From Candidatus Limnocylindria bacterium (GTDB lineage Bacteria; Chloroflexota; Limnocylindria; Limnocylindrales; CSP1-4): a stretch of 64,000 nucleotides of DNA. The position numbers were made by a program, and so were the translations under genes. Location of the stretch: contig JBKHXL010000007.1 of the NCBI GenBank assembly GCA_046566045.1, positions 31,987-95,986 of the forward strand, in the 5' to 3' direction. This document shows positions 44,796-53,389 of this stretch, in pieces (the stretch's first letter is position 1; the number at the start of each line of letters is the position of its first letter). The notes beneath the pieces were generated by a model that did not search any database, was not told where the DNA came from, and worked only from the letters and a program-made list of their open reading frames with translations.

Positions 44796-46057
44796 TGGCC
44801 TTCTGGCGGCGCATCTGGCAGCGCGACGAGGGCGAGGCCCTCGCCGCGTGCACCGCGCTGGACGTCGGCACCGAGTTCGCCAAGGCGCTCGTGTTCGAGA
44901 TCGACGAGGCCGGCCAGGGGACCGTGCGGGGCGTCGGCCGCAAGCGCCAGGGGCTGTCGCACATGCAGTCGGGGACCGTGGCCGACATCGCCGCCGTCGT
45001 GGACAACTGCGCCGTGGCGCTCCAGGAGGCCGAGGAGATGGCCGGCTTCCGCCCGACCCAGGTGGTGATCGGCATCGCCGGGGAGCTGGTCAAGGGTTTC
45101 ACCACCACCCACAGCCAGGAGCGCAAGCGTCCGGACCAGCCGATCACCGAGCAGGAGCTCCAGAAGCTCATCGACAACGTCCAGCGCGAGGCGCTGCGCG
45201 AGGCCGAGCGGGCGATCACCTGGGAGACCGGCCTACCGCACGTCGACGTGCGCCTGGTCCACGCCGCGGTCACGGGCGCCGCGATCGACGGCTACGCGTT
45301 GACCAACCCGGTCGGCTTCCAGGGCCGCCACGTCAAGATCGGGATCTTCAACGCGTTCGCCCCGCTGGTCCACCTGGGCGCGCTCCAGAGCGTGGCCAGC
45401 CAGCTGGATCTGGAGCTGCTCGAGATCGTCGCCGAGCCGTACGCCGTGGCGCGGGTCATGGGCCCGGATCTGATCCGCCAGGCCGGGGCCCTGTTCGTCG
45501 ACGTCGGCGGCGGGACGACCGACGTGGCGCTCGTCCGCCAGGGCGGCATCGAGGGCACGCGCATGTTCGCGCTGGGCGGACGGGCCTTCACCAAGTCGCT
45601 GGCCGACCGGCTCGACCTGCCCTTCCCGCGGGCCGAGGCGCTCAAGGTCGACTACGCTCGCGGCCTCGAGGTCGAGCGGCGCAGCGACGTGGCCAGCATC
45701 GTCGGCGACGACGTCCGGGTGTGGGCCGCCGGGGTGGAGCTGGTCATGGAGGAGCTGTCCGGAGGCGACCTGCTGCCCGGCCGGATCTACCTGTGCGGCG
45801 GCGGGTCGCGCCTGCCGGAGATCCACGCGGCGCTGGCCGCCGAGTCGTTCTGGAAGCGGATGCCGTTCGCCCGTCCGCCCGAGGTCACGATCATGGCTCC
45901 CGAGCTGATCGAGACGGTCATCGACGCGACCGAGCTGCTGGTGGACCAGCAGGACGTGACGCCGCTCGGTCTGGCCTTCCAGGCGATCGAGCTGCAGACG
46001 ACCGAGGACCCGCTCGACGTTGCGCTTCGGCGCGTGCTGCGCGCCATGAAGGTCTGA
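44795..46057 (+). CDS. FtsA/PilM-like actin-fold ATPase
   Basis: Phosphate-1 ALDVGTEFAKALV, phosphate-2 FVDVGGGTTDVALV, and adenosine motif IYLCGGGSRLPEI. AGGAGG lies 4 nt upstream. The ATG shares one base with the alaS stop. Confidence 0.75.
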   Translation: MAFWRRIWQRDEGEALAACTALDVGTEFAKALVFEIDEAGQGTVRGVGRKRQGLSHMQSGTVADIAAVVDNCAVALQEAEEMAGFRPTQVVIGIAGELVKGFTTTHSQERKRPDQPITEQELQKLIDNVQREALREAERAITWETGLPHVDVRLVHAAVTGAAIDGYALTNPVGFQGRHVKIGIFNAFAPLVHLGALQSVASQLDLELLEIVAEPYAVARVMGPDLIRQAGALFVDVGGGTTDVALVRQGGIEGTRMFALGGRAFTKSLADRLDLPFPRAEALKVDYARGLEVERRSDVASIVGDDVRVWAAGVELVMEELSGGDLLPGRIYLCGGGSRLPEIHAALAAESFWKRMPFARPPEVTIMAPELIETVIDATELLVDQQDVTPLGLAFQAIELQTTEDPLDVALRRVLRAMKV

Positions 46058-46058
46058 C

Positions 46059-47810
46059 GTGGCCGCCGGCGTCATCTACCTCGACATCGATGACGAGATC
46101 ACCTCGGCGGCGACGCGCATCCGCACGGTCGAGGAGCGCCGCGTCGCCGTCGTGCTCCCGTACGGGTCGCGGGTGGCCACGTCGCGCATCAACTTCCGGC
46201 TCCTCGCCCGCGACGCGCTGACCCACGAGAAGCGCCTGTCGATCATCGCCGGCGATGCCGCCACCCGGGCCCTGGCCGCGTCGGCCGGGCTCCCGGTCTA
46301 CGCCACGATCCAGGAGTACGAGGGCGCGCTCGAGGCCGAGGGGACCGCCGCCCAGGTCGAGGCGGCCGTCGCGCCGGCGGCGCCGTCCGCCCCCGCGACG
46401 GACGACGGCCCATCGCCGCCACCCGAGCGCCCGCGGCGAGCGGGGCGAGCCGCGGGCCCCGTTGCGCCCCCCTCGGCGGACGTCGACGGCCGCGGAGCTG
46501 GCGAGGCGGCGGACCTCGTGTCGGGCGCCACGACACGGACGGTGCGCTCCGGCGGGGCGGTGGGCGGGGCGGCCCCCGGGTCCGGCTCGCGGCCCGCGGA
46601 GCCGCGCGTCCGACCCGGTCCAGGACGGCCCGGCGCGCTGGCGGGAGGCCGGCCGAGGGTCGCGACGCCGATCGTCGCCGGGATCCTGCTCCTCGCCCTC
46701 GCGGTCGTGGTCGGCGGCGTGGGGGCGTACCTGCTCCTGCCGTCGGCCGAGGTCGTCGTGACGCCGCGCGAGGAGATCATCGGCCCGCTCGCCTTCCGCG
46801 CGGAGGCCCGGACGGACGTCAGCGAACCGGACGTCGACGCCGGCATCCTGCCGGCCCAGCCGATCGTCGTCAGCGTCGAGGCGAGCGGCACCTTCGCCGC
46901 GACCGGCGAGCGCGTGGAGGAGACCGCGGCGACCGGCCTCGTCCGCTTCGAGAACCGGGACCCGACCACCTCGAACACGATCACCGAGGGCGCGATCGTG
47001 AGCACGAACAACGGGACCCGCTTCCGGACGGACCGTTCGGTCACGATCGCGGCGGCCACGCTGGTCGGGCTCATGATCCGGCCGTCGTTCGCGAGCGTGA
47101 CGGTGACCGCCGTGGACCCAGGTCCGGAGGGCAACGTCCAGCCGAACGCGATCACGACCGTCCCCCGTGGCGAGGAGCCGATCTTCCTCAAGGTCACCAA
47201 CCCGGACGAGACGACCGGCGGGGCGCGCGAGACCTTCGCGCGGGTGTCGGAGGAGGACGTGCAGGCGGCGCAGCTGGCCCTGGCCACGCGCCTGGAGGCC
47301 GACTTCGCGGCCCGCCTCGACGACCCGGACATCGCACCGGACGCCGTGACGGTCTTCCCCGAGACGGCCTCGCCGGGGGAGCCGGAGTGGTCCGTCGACG
47401 TCGAGACCCTGGTCGGGACCGAGGCGCCCACCTTCGACCTCGGCGGCAGCCTCACCGGCAGCGTCCTGGCGGTCGACACCGCGCCGCTGCAGGCCATCGC
47501 CGAGGCGCGCCTGGCCGCCAGCGTGTCCGACGGCTTCCGACTCATCGAGGGGTCGAGCGAGGTCAGTGTGGACCCGGCGGTCGTGGCCGGCGCCAGGATC
47601 ACCTTCCCGGTCCGCACGACCGCGCGCCAGGTGGCGGTGCTGGACCCGGCGGTCATCGCCGAGCGGATCCGGGGTCTCCCGCTCGCGGACGCCCAGGCCA
47701 TCCTCGACACGTACGGCACGGCGAGCGTGCGGGTATGGCCGGACTGGGTGGCGACGATCCCGACCCTCGACGGCCGCCTGTCGGTCACCATCCAGGAGCC
47801 CGGATCGTGA
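46059..47810 (+). CDS. Bitopic membrane protein: about 90-aa cytoplasmic N-domain, low-complexity linker, one TM, and a large extracytoplasmic domain resembling baseplate J/gp47-like folds
   Basis: TM helix IVAGILLLALAVVVGGVGAYLLL. The ectodomain stretch ATGLVRFENRDPTTSNTITEGAIVSTNNGTRFRT...ASVTVTAVDPGPEGNVQPNAIT recalls the baseplate-J family pattern (recollection, not searched). Confidence 0.55.
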   Translation: MAAGVIYLDIDDEITSAATRIRTVEERRVAVVLPYGSRVATSRINFRLLARDALTHEKRLSIIAGDAATRALAASAGLPVYATIQEYEGALEAEGTAAQVEAAVAPAAPSAPATDDGPSPPPERPRRAGRAAGPVAPPSADVDGRGAGEAADLVSGATTRTVRSGGAVGGAAPGSGSRPAEPRVRPGPGRPGALAGGRPRVATPIVAGILLLALAVVVGGVGAYLLLPSAEVVVTPREEIIGPLAFRAEARTDVSEPDVDAGILPAQPIVVSVEASGTFAATGERVEETAATGLVRFENRDPTTSNTITEGAIVSTNNGTRFRTDRSVTIAAATLVGLMIRPSFASVTVTAVDPGPEGNVQPNAITTVPRGEEPIFLKVTNPDETTGGARETFARVSEEDVQAAQLALATRLEADFAARLDDPDIAPDAVTVFPETASPGEPEWSVDVETLVGTEAPTFDLGGSLTGSVLAVDTAPLQAIAEARLAASVSDGFRLIEGSSEVSVDPAVVAGARITFPVRTTARQVAVLDPAVIAERIRGLPLADAQAILDTYGTASVRVWPDWVATIPTLDGRLSVTIQEPGS

Positions 47811-48301
47811 CCGGGCGCATCCTGGGGCTGGACGTCGGCGAGCGTCGGGTCGGCGTGGCCGTCGCGGAGGCGGACGGTCACGGCGCGCGGCCGCTGGTGA
47901 CGCTCCGGCGGGCGCGATCCGAAGCGGCCGATGCGGACGCCCTGCAGGCGCTCGTCAACGAGCATGCCGTGGCCGAGATCGTGGTCGGGCTCCCGCTCGA
48001 GGCGTCCGGGACCGAGGGGCCGCAGGCGGCCATCACGCGGGCCTGGGTGGCGGCGGTCGAGGCGGCCCTCGCGGCGCGCGGGGTGCGCATCGCCTGGACG
48101 TGGCAGGATGAGCGCCTGACCAGCCACGTCGCCGGATCGCGCCTCGGCCCGATGCGCCGCGGCCGCTCCGGGGGCCCACCCAGCAAGACCCAGCGCGACG
48201 CCTACCGGGCCCGCGTGGACCGAGAGGCGGCGGCCATCATCCTGGAGGACGCCCTGCTCGCCCGTCGGCCCGCCAGCCCCACCACGGAGACCAGCGCATG
48301 A
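47807..48301 (+). CDS. ruvX: Putative pre-16S rRNA nuclease / Holliday-junction-resolvase-like RuvX (YqgF)
   Basis: ILGLDVGERRVGVAVAE...IVVGLPL...G. The GTG start overlaps the upstream stop. Confidence 0.85.
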   Translation: MTGRILGLDVGERRVGVAVAEADGHGARPLVTLRRARSEAADADALQALVNEHAVAEIVVGLPLEASGTEGPQAAITRAWVAAVEAALAARGVRIAWTWQDERLTSHVAGSRLGPMRRGRSGGPPSKTQRDAYRARVDREAAAIILEDALLARRPASPTTETSA

Positions 48302-49698
48302 CCATCCGCTCCGGTGGACGCCCTCGAGACCCGCACGACCGGCGCCGGCCGCCTGCCCGGCCGTACGTCGAGGACGCCTACGCCACGGAGTACGAGCCGG
48401 TCGACTTCGAGCCGGCCCGGCGCGACGTCGAGCGCGGACGGGGTCGCAGGTCCCCCGAACGCGGCGGGAGCGGCATCCTCGGCCTCATCAAGTTCCTGGT
48501 GTTCAGCCTCGTGCTGGCCGCCGTCGTGCTCGGGATGAGCCTGACCATCCTGCGTCCGATCCTGGACGGGGCCGTGCTCGCCTGGGCGTCCGACAACCCG
48601 GGAGCGTGGAACATCCCGTTCGTGGCCGAGATCGTGCGCAAGGACCTGGGTGAGGCGCTGACCGATCCCGCGTCCGATGACGAGGAGCAGGTCGGCTTCA
48701 CGGTCGCCCCCGGCGACACCGCCACCTCCATCGCGCGGCGGCTCGAGGATATGGGCCTCATCGCCGACGACCGGGCCTTCCTGTTCATCGCCAGCGAACG
48801 CGGCCTGACCGGGTCGCTCCAGGCCGGCAACTTCATCCTGCGCGGCACCATGACGCCCGACGAGGTCGTCACCGCCCTGCTGGAGCCCGAGCAGATCAAG
48901 TACGTCGATATCGACCTGCGGACGGGTCTGCGCCTGGAGCAGGTCACGGCCAAACTCCAGACGCTCGACGACCTCGAGATGGACCCGCGCGAGTTCTACG
49001 AGCTGGCCAGTGCACCGCCGGCGTCGCTGATCGCCGACTACCCATGGCTGGGCGACGTCCTCGCCGACGCCCCGGAGGGAGCGTCGCTCGAGGGATTCCT
49101 GTGGCCGGCCGGCTATCGGGTCCTGCCCGACACGACGCCCGATGAGCTGATCCGCCTGATGCTCGACCGGTTCATCGCGGCCGTCGGCGAGGAGCGCCTG
49201 GCGGTCCCGGAGGAGCGCGGCCTGACCTTCTACCAGGTCCTGACCCTCGCCTCCATCGTCGAGCGCGAGGCGGTCCTCGACGAGGAGCGGCCGCTCATCG
49301 CCGGCGTCTACCAGAACCGCATCGATCGGATCGCGGGGGTCAAGCCCGGCCTGCTCAACGCGGACCCGACGGTGATCTGGGCGGCCGACAGCGCGGCCCT
49401 CGCCGACACGCCGTTCGGGGACTGGCAGCGCTACGTGTTCTGGACCGTGCCGGAGGTCCCGCTGGCCGAGCTGGAGCTGCCGGAGCCGCTCGTCCCGTAC
49501 AACACCTACACCCAGGCCGGGCTCATCCCGGGCCCGATCTGCACGCCCCAGTTGTCGTCGATCGACGCGGCCCTGGCTCCGGACACGACCGACAAGTACA
49601 TCTACTTCCTGGCCGTCCCGGACAGCGGCGGCACGCACGTCTTCGCCAAGTCACTCGACGAGCACAACAGGAACCGCCGCGAGTACGGCTACTCCTGA
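48298..49698 (+). CDS. mltG: Endolytic murein transglycosylase MltG (YceG-like)
   Basis: N-terminal TM, a LysM-like TSIARRLEDMGLI, ASIVEREA, AGVYQNRI, and YNTYTQAGLIPGPICTP. Confidence 0.9.
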   Translation: MTIRSGGRPRDPHDRRRPPARPYVEDAYATEYEPVDFEPARRDVERGRGRRSPERGGSGILGLIKFLVFSLVLAAVVLGMSLTILRPILDGAVLAWASDNPGAWNIPFVAEIVRKDLGEALTDPASDDEEQVGFTVAPGDTATSIARRLEDMGLIADDRAFLFIASERGLTGSLQAGNFILRGTMTPDEVVTALLEPEQIKYVDIDLRTGLRLEQVTAKLQTLDDLEMDPREFYELASAPPASLIADYPWLGDVLADAPEGASLEGFLWPAGYRVLPDTTPDELIRLMLDRFIAAVGEERLAVPEERGLTFYQVLTLASIVEREAVLDEERPLIAGVYQNRIDRIAGVKPGLLNADPTVIWAADSAALADTPFGDWQRYVFWTVPEVPLAELELPEPLVPYNTYTQAGLIPGPICTPQLSSIDAALAPDTTDKYIYFLAVPDSGGTHVFAKSLDEHNRNRREYGYS

Positions 49699-50957
49699 TG
49701 GGCGAACGGGGCGCGCGTCCCGACAGGGCCCGGCCCGGTCTCCCGGTGCCGGCCGAATTCGCTCCACCACCCGACGCGACCCGTCTGGCCGGCTGGGCCG
49801 CCGCCGACGCCGCCGCCCGTCCATCGCGGCTCGGCCGCCTCCGGGCGCGCTTCGCGGAGGCGGGCATCGACGCCTACTTCGGGGTCCGCCGCGAGCACAT
49901 GCGCTACCTGACCGGCTTCACCCTCGGGGAGGGCGAGGAGACGGTCGCGGGCAGTTCCGGGCAGTTCCTCGTCGGGGAGGACGAGGTCGTCGTCCTGGCC
50001 GACTCGCGCTACACCATCCAGGCCGCTCGGGAGGCGCCCGAGGCCCGCCTCGAGGCCGTCTACGGGAACCTGGCCGAACGGTGGGGAGCGCTGTGCGCGT
50101 CGCTCGGCGCGCGCCGGGTCGGCGTGGAGGCCGGGTTCGTGTCGCACGCGGTCTGGACCCGCCTGGCCGCCGCCGCCCCGGAGGTCGTCCTCGTGCCGGT
50201 CGAGGGCTGGGTGGAGGGTGACCGGGCCACCAAGGAGCCGGCCGAGGTGGAGCGCATCGCGGCCGCCTGCGCCGTCGCCGACCGGGCCCTGGCCGCGCTC
50301 CTGCCGGACATCCGGCCGGGCGTGACCGAGGCCGAGCTGGCCCTGCGCCTCGAGTGGCTGATGCGCACCGGCGGCGCCGAGGCACTCGCCTTCGACGTCG
50401 CCTGCCTGAGCGGCCCGGAAGCGGCCCTGCCCCACGGGGCGCCGGGTCCGCGGCCGGTCCGCGACGGCGAGGTCCTCCTGTTCGACTTCGGCGCCCAGGT
50501 CGCCGGCTATCGCAGCGACATGACCCGGACCCTCTTCGTGGGGGAGCCGACCGCGCGCGACCTCGCCGTCCACGAGCTCGTGGCACGAGCCCAGGCCGCG
50601 GCGATCGAGGCGCTCCAGGCGGCGGTCGCGAGCGCTCGGGCCGACGGCGCGGCCCTGCCCAGCGGTCGGGCGCTGGACGCGGCCGCCCGGGCCGTCATCA
50701 GCGCGGCCGGGCATGGCGAGCACTTCGGGCACGGCACGGGGCACGGCATCGGCCTGGCCACGCATGAGGCGCCGTCACTGGGGCCGTCGGCCCCGGACAC
50801 CCCGCTGCCCAGCCCGACGGTCTTCTCGGTCGAACCCGGGGTCTACCTGGCGGGCGAGACCGGCGTGCGCATCGAGGACCTCGTCCTGCTCGATGCCGCC
50901 GCCGGGCGGGTCGAGCGCCTGACGGCGTTCCCGCGCGAGGTCATGGTCGTCGGCTAG
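49698..50957 (+). CDS. pepP: M24-family Xaa-Pro aminopeptidase/dipeptidase
   Basis: DFGAQVAGYRSDMTRT, HGTGHGIGLATHEAP, and VFSVEPGVYLAGETGVRIEDLVLL. Confidence 0.85.
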   Translation: MGERGARPDRARPGLPVPAEFAPPPDATRLAGWAAADAAARPSRLGRLRARFAEAGIDAYFGVRREHMRYLTGFTLGEGEETVAGSSGQFLVGEDEVVVLADSRYTIQAAREAPEARLEAVYGNLAERWGALCASLGARRVGVEAGFVSHAVWTRLAAAAPEVVLVPVEGWVEGDRATKEPAEVERIAAACAVADRALAALLPDIRPGVTEAELALRLEWLMRTGGAEALAFDVACLSGPEAALPHGAPGPRPVRDGEVLLFDFGAQVAGYRSDMTRTLFVGEPTARDLAVHELVARAQAAAIEALQAAVASARADGAALPSGRALDAAARAVISAAGHGEHFGHGTGHGIGLATHEAPSLGPSAPDTPLPSPTVFSVEPGVYLAGETGVRIEDLVLLDAAAGRVERLTAFPREVMVVG

Positions 50958-53293
50958 CGAGAGGGGGCGGTCGGCGCGTCGGACAGGACCTCGCCGAAGG
51001 CCCGGGCGAAGACGTCCACCTCGGCCGGCCCGAACACCAGCGGCGGCCGGATCTTGAGCACGTTGCCGGCGGCACCGGCCGTACCCACGAGCACCCCGCG
51101 ATCGCGCAGGCCCTCGCGGATGGCCGCGGTCGTGGCGCGGTCCGGCGCGAGCGAGCCATCGGGGCGGACGACCTCGACGCCCGTCGCCTGGCCGATGCCC
51201 CGCACGTCGGCGATGCGCGCGTCGCCGGCGGCCGTCGCGCGGATGGCGGCACGGAGCCGCTCCCCGATGTCGGCGGCACGGGCCACCAGCCGCTCGTCGT
51301 CCAGGACGTCCAGCACGGCCAGCGATGCGGCCGCGGCCACGGGATTGCCGCCGAACGTGCTGAAGAAGACGGTCTCCTCGGCGAAGTGCCGGACGAGGTC
51401 GCGCCGGGTCACGACGGCCCCGACCGGGTGGCCGTTGCCCATCGGTTTGCCCAGGGTCACGAGGTCCGGCACGATCCCGAACCGCTCGAACGACCAGAGG
51501 CCCGCGCCCGTCCGGCCGTGGCCGCCCTGGACCTCGTCGGCGATCCACAGCGCACCGGCGGCCCTGGCCGCCTCGGCCCAGCCGCGCACGAGCGCCGGAT
51601 CGGGGACCGGGTAGCCGTCGCTGGTCAGGGCGCCGTCGAGGATGATCGCAGCCGGCTCGATGCCGCGACCGCGCAGGCGGGCCAGGGCGTCCGCGAAGGG
51701 CTCGCCGTCGAGCGCCGTCCCGCGCAGCGCGTCGGGCGTCGCCCACGTCTCGACGTGGTCCGGCTGCCGACCGCCCGGCCACGACTCCGGCGACAGTGGG
51801 GCGATGGCCTCGCTGATGCCGTGGTAGGCGAACGCCGTGCACAGGCCGCCGCGCGCCCCGGTCGCGGTCGTGGCCAGGCGCCAGGCGAGGTCGTTCGCCT
51901 CGGAGCCCGAGTTCACGAAGAGGACCGTGTCGAGCCCGTCGGGCAGCGTCGCGATGAGCCGCTCCGCGAGCTCGACCGCGTCGTCGTGGAGGTAGCGCAG
52001 GTTGGTGTTGAGGCGCCGGGCCGCGCGGGCGATGGCGCTCGTCACGCGCGGGTGCCCGTGGCCCACCGACGGGACGTTGTTGTAGGCGTCGAGGTAGCGC
52101 CGACCGGCGGTATCGATGAGCCAGGTGCCCTCGCCGCGCTCCAGGTGCAGCGGCGTCGCGTAGCTCAGCGGCTCGAGGGCCGGGCCCAGCGCCGCGTCGC
52201 GCCGGTGGATGAGCTCCGCCGTGCCGCCCTGGCGTCGCCCGGCCCCGGCGGCGGCCGGGGACCCGCTCATGCGCCGCGCGATCGCCTCGTACCCGATGGC
52301 CTCGAGGGCCACGATGGTCCGGGCCACGGCCGCGTTGTAGCGCCCGGCGAAGGCCGGGTCCTCCAGTCCCTGGCCGGCCCGCCAGCACGAGATCGCGATG
52401 GTGATGGCGGCCCGGGCGGCGAGCAGATCGCCGGTCAGGCGCAGCTCCTCGTCCTCGAGCGGCGTGATCCGCTCGTAGCCGTCGAGGTACAGCCGCATCA
52501 GGCGCGGCAGGTCGCGCGGAGGCCGGTCGCTGACGATCGAGTCGAGCGCGCTGGCGATGTCGGTGATGAGCGCGGAGTGGGACATATCGCCGAAGTCGAC
52601 GATCCCGGTGATCCGGCCGTCGACGTCCACCAGCGTGTTGTCGGTGGTCAGGTCGGCATGGATGACCTGGGCGCGAAGCGACGGCCAGACGGGCGCGATC
52701 ACGGTCTCGAACCGGTCGAGCGTGCGCTCGACGATGGCCCGCTGTTCGGGGTCCCCGATGGTCGGCAGGAAGTCGCGCGTCCGGCTGGCGTGCTGGACGT
52801 CCCACAGCATCGAGCGCACGGCCGCGGGATGCATGAAGCCGCGCAGCGCCCGACCGATCCGGGCGGTCGTCTCGCCCCAGCCCACGAAGGCGGCGTCGGG
52901 CAGGTCGCGTGGATCGCTCCGACCACGGCCGGGCAGCACGTCGTAGGCGCGCACGTGGTGGATGCCCTCGTCGCTCTCGATGGCGACCCGTCGCGCGCCG
53001 TCGGACGTGGCCCGCGGGACGGCCAGGGGCAGCCCGGGATCGACCCGGGCGGCATGCACCACCGCCTCGGCCTCCATGTCGAGTGTGGCCGGGTCCTCGG
53101 CCGTGTTGCTGACCTTCACGACCGCCAGGCCGGCGCCCGCGGCGTCGAGGAGGAGGAACGCCCGATCGCGCTCGCTGCCGAGGTCGCGCACCGCCACGGC
53201 GTCGATGCCGAAGGCGGTCCGGGCCACGTCGACGGCGCGGGCCGGGTCGATGCGCGGCGGCGCCGCGAGCAGGACGGGATCGATGGCGGTCAC
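50954..53293 (-). CDS. Fusion protein: APH/choline-kinase-like phosphotransferase domain plus class III (omega-type) PLP aminotransferase-fold domain
   Basis: N-terminal half has HADLTTDNTLVD...IVDFGD (the Brenner/DFG-like kinase motifs). C-terminal half has FVNSGSEANDLAWRLA...DEVQGGHGRTG...VTLGKPMGNGHP. The GTG at 53293-53291 is preceded by TACCAT 7 nt upstream on the - strand. ATG 53356 is an alternative start. Confidence 0.8.
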   Translation of the reverse strand: MTAIDPVLLAAPPRIDPARAVDVARTAFGIDAVAVRDLGSERDRAFLLLDAAGAGLAVVKVSNTAEDPATLDMEAEAVVHAARVDPGLPLAVPRATSDGARRVAIESDEGIHHVRAYDVLPGRGRSDPRDLPDAAFVGWGETTARIGRALRGFMHPAAVRSMLWDVQHASRTRDFLPTIGDPEQRAIVERTLDRFETVIAPVWPSLRAQVIHADLTTDNTLVDVDGRITGIVDFGDMSHSALITDIASALDSIVSDRPPRDLPRLMRLYLDGYERITPLEDEELRLTGDLLAARAAITIAISCWRAGQGLEDPAFAGRYNAAVARTIVALEAIGYEAIARRMSGSPAAAGAGRRQGGTAELIHRRDAALGPALEPLSYATPLHLERGEGTWLIDTAGRRYLDAYNNVPSVGHGHPRVTSAIARAARRLNTNLRYLHDDAVELAERLIATLPDGLDTVLFVNSGSEANDLAWRLATTATGARGGLCTAFAYHGISEAIAPLSPESWPGGRQPDHVETWATPDALRGTALDGEPFADALARLRGRGIEPAAIILDGALTSDGYPVPDPALVRGWAEAARAAGALWIADEVQGGHGRTGAGLWSFERFGIVPDLVTLGKPMGNGHPVGAVVTRRDLVRHFAEETVFFSTFGGNPVAAAASLAVLDVLDDERLVARAADIGERLRAAIRATAAGDARIADVRGIGQATGVEVVRPDGSLAPDRATTAAIREGLRDRGVLVGTAGAAGNVLKIRPPLVFGPAEVDVFARAFGEVLSDAPTAPSR

Positions 53294-53300
53294 GCGAGCG

Positions 53301-53306
53301 ATGGTA
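53301..53306 (-). promoter_or_regulatory. -10-like TACCAT (- strand), 7 nt upstream of the GTG start of the kinase-aminotransferase fusion
   Basis: The + strand reads atggta at 53301-53306. The start codon complement is at 53291-53293. Confidence 0.4.
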
Positions 53307-53316
53307 GCGGGGCGGC

Positions 53317-53322
53317 TAGAAT
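53317..53322 (+). promoter_or_regulatory. -10-like TAGAAT for efp (leadered transcript)
   Basis: TAGAAT at 53317-53322, then AGGAG at 53374-53378, 11 nt before ATG 53390. Confidence 0.45.
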
Positions 53323-53389
53323 GGCCGCCACACCCCGTCCCGACCCGCGGCGTCATCGCCGTGCGTGCCGCCCAGGAGCCCACCCCGAC

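Noticed and set aside
46059-47810. A prophage or tailocin remnant, because the ectodomain resembles baseplate J/gp47.
   Set aside because: There are no tail, sheath, tube, capsid, terminase or integrase genes nearby. Composition is host-like, and the gene is translationally chained to housekeeping genes.
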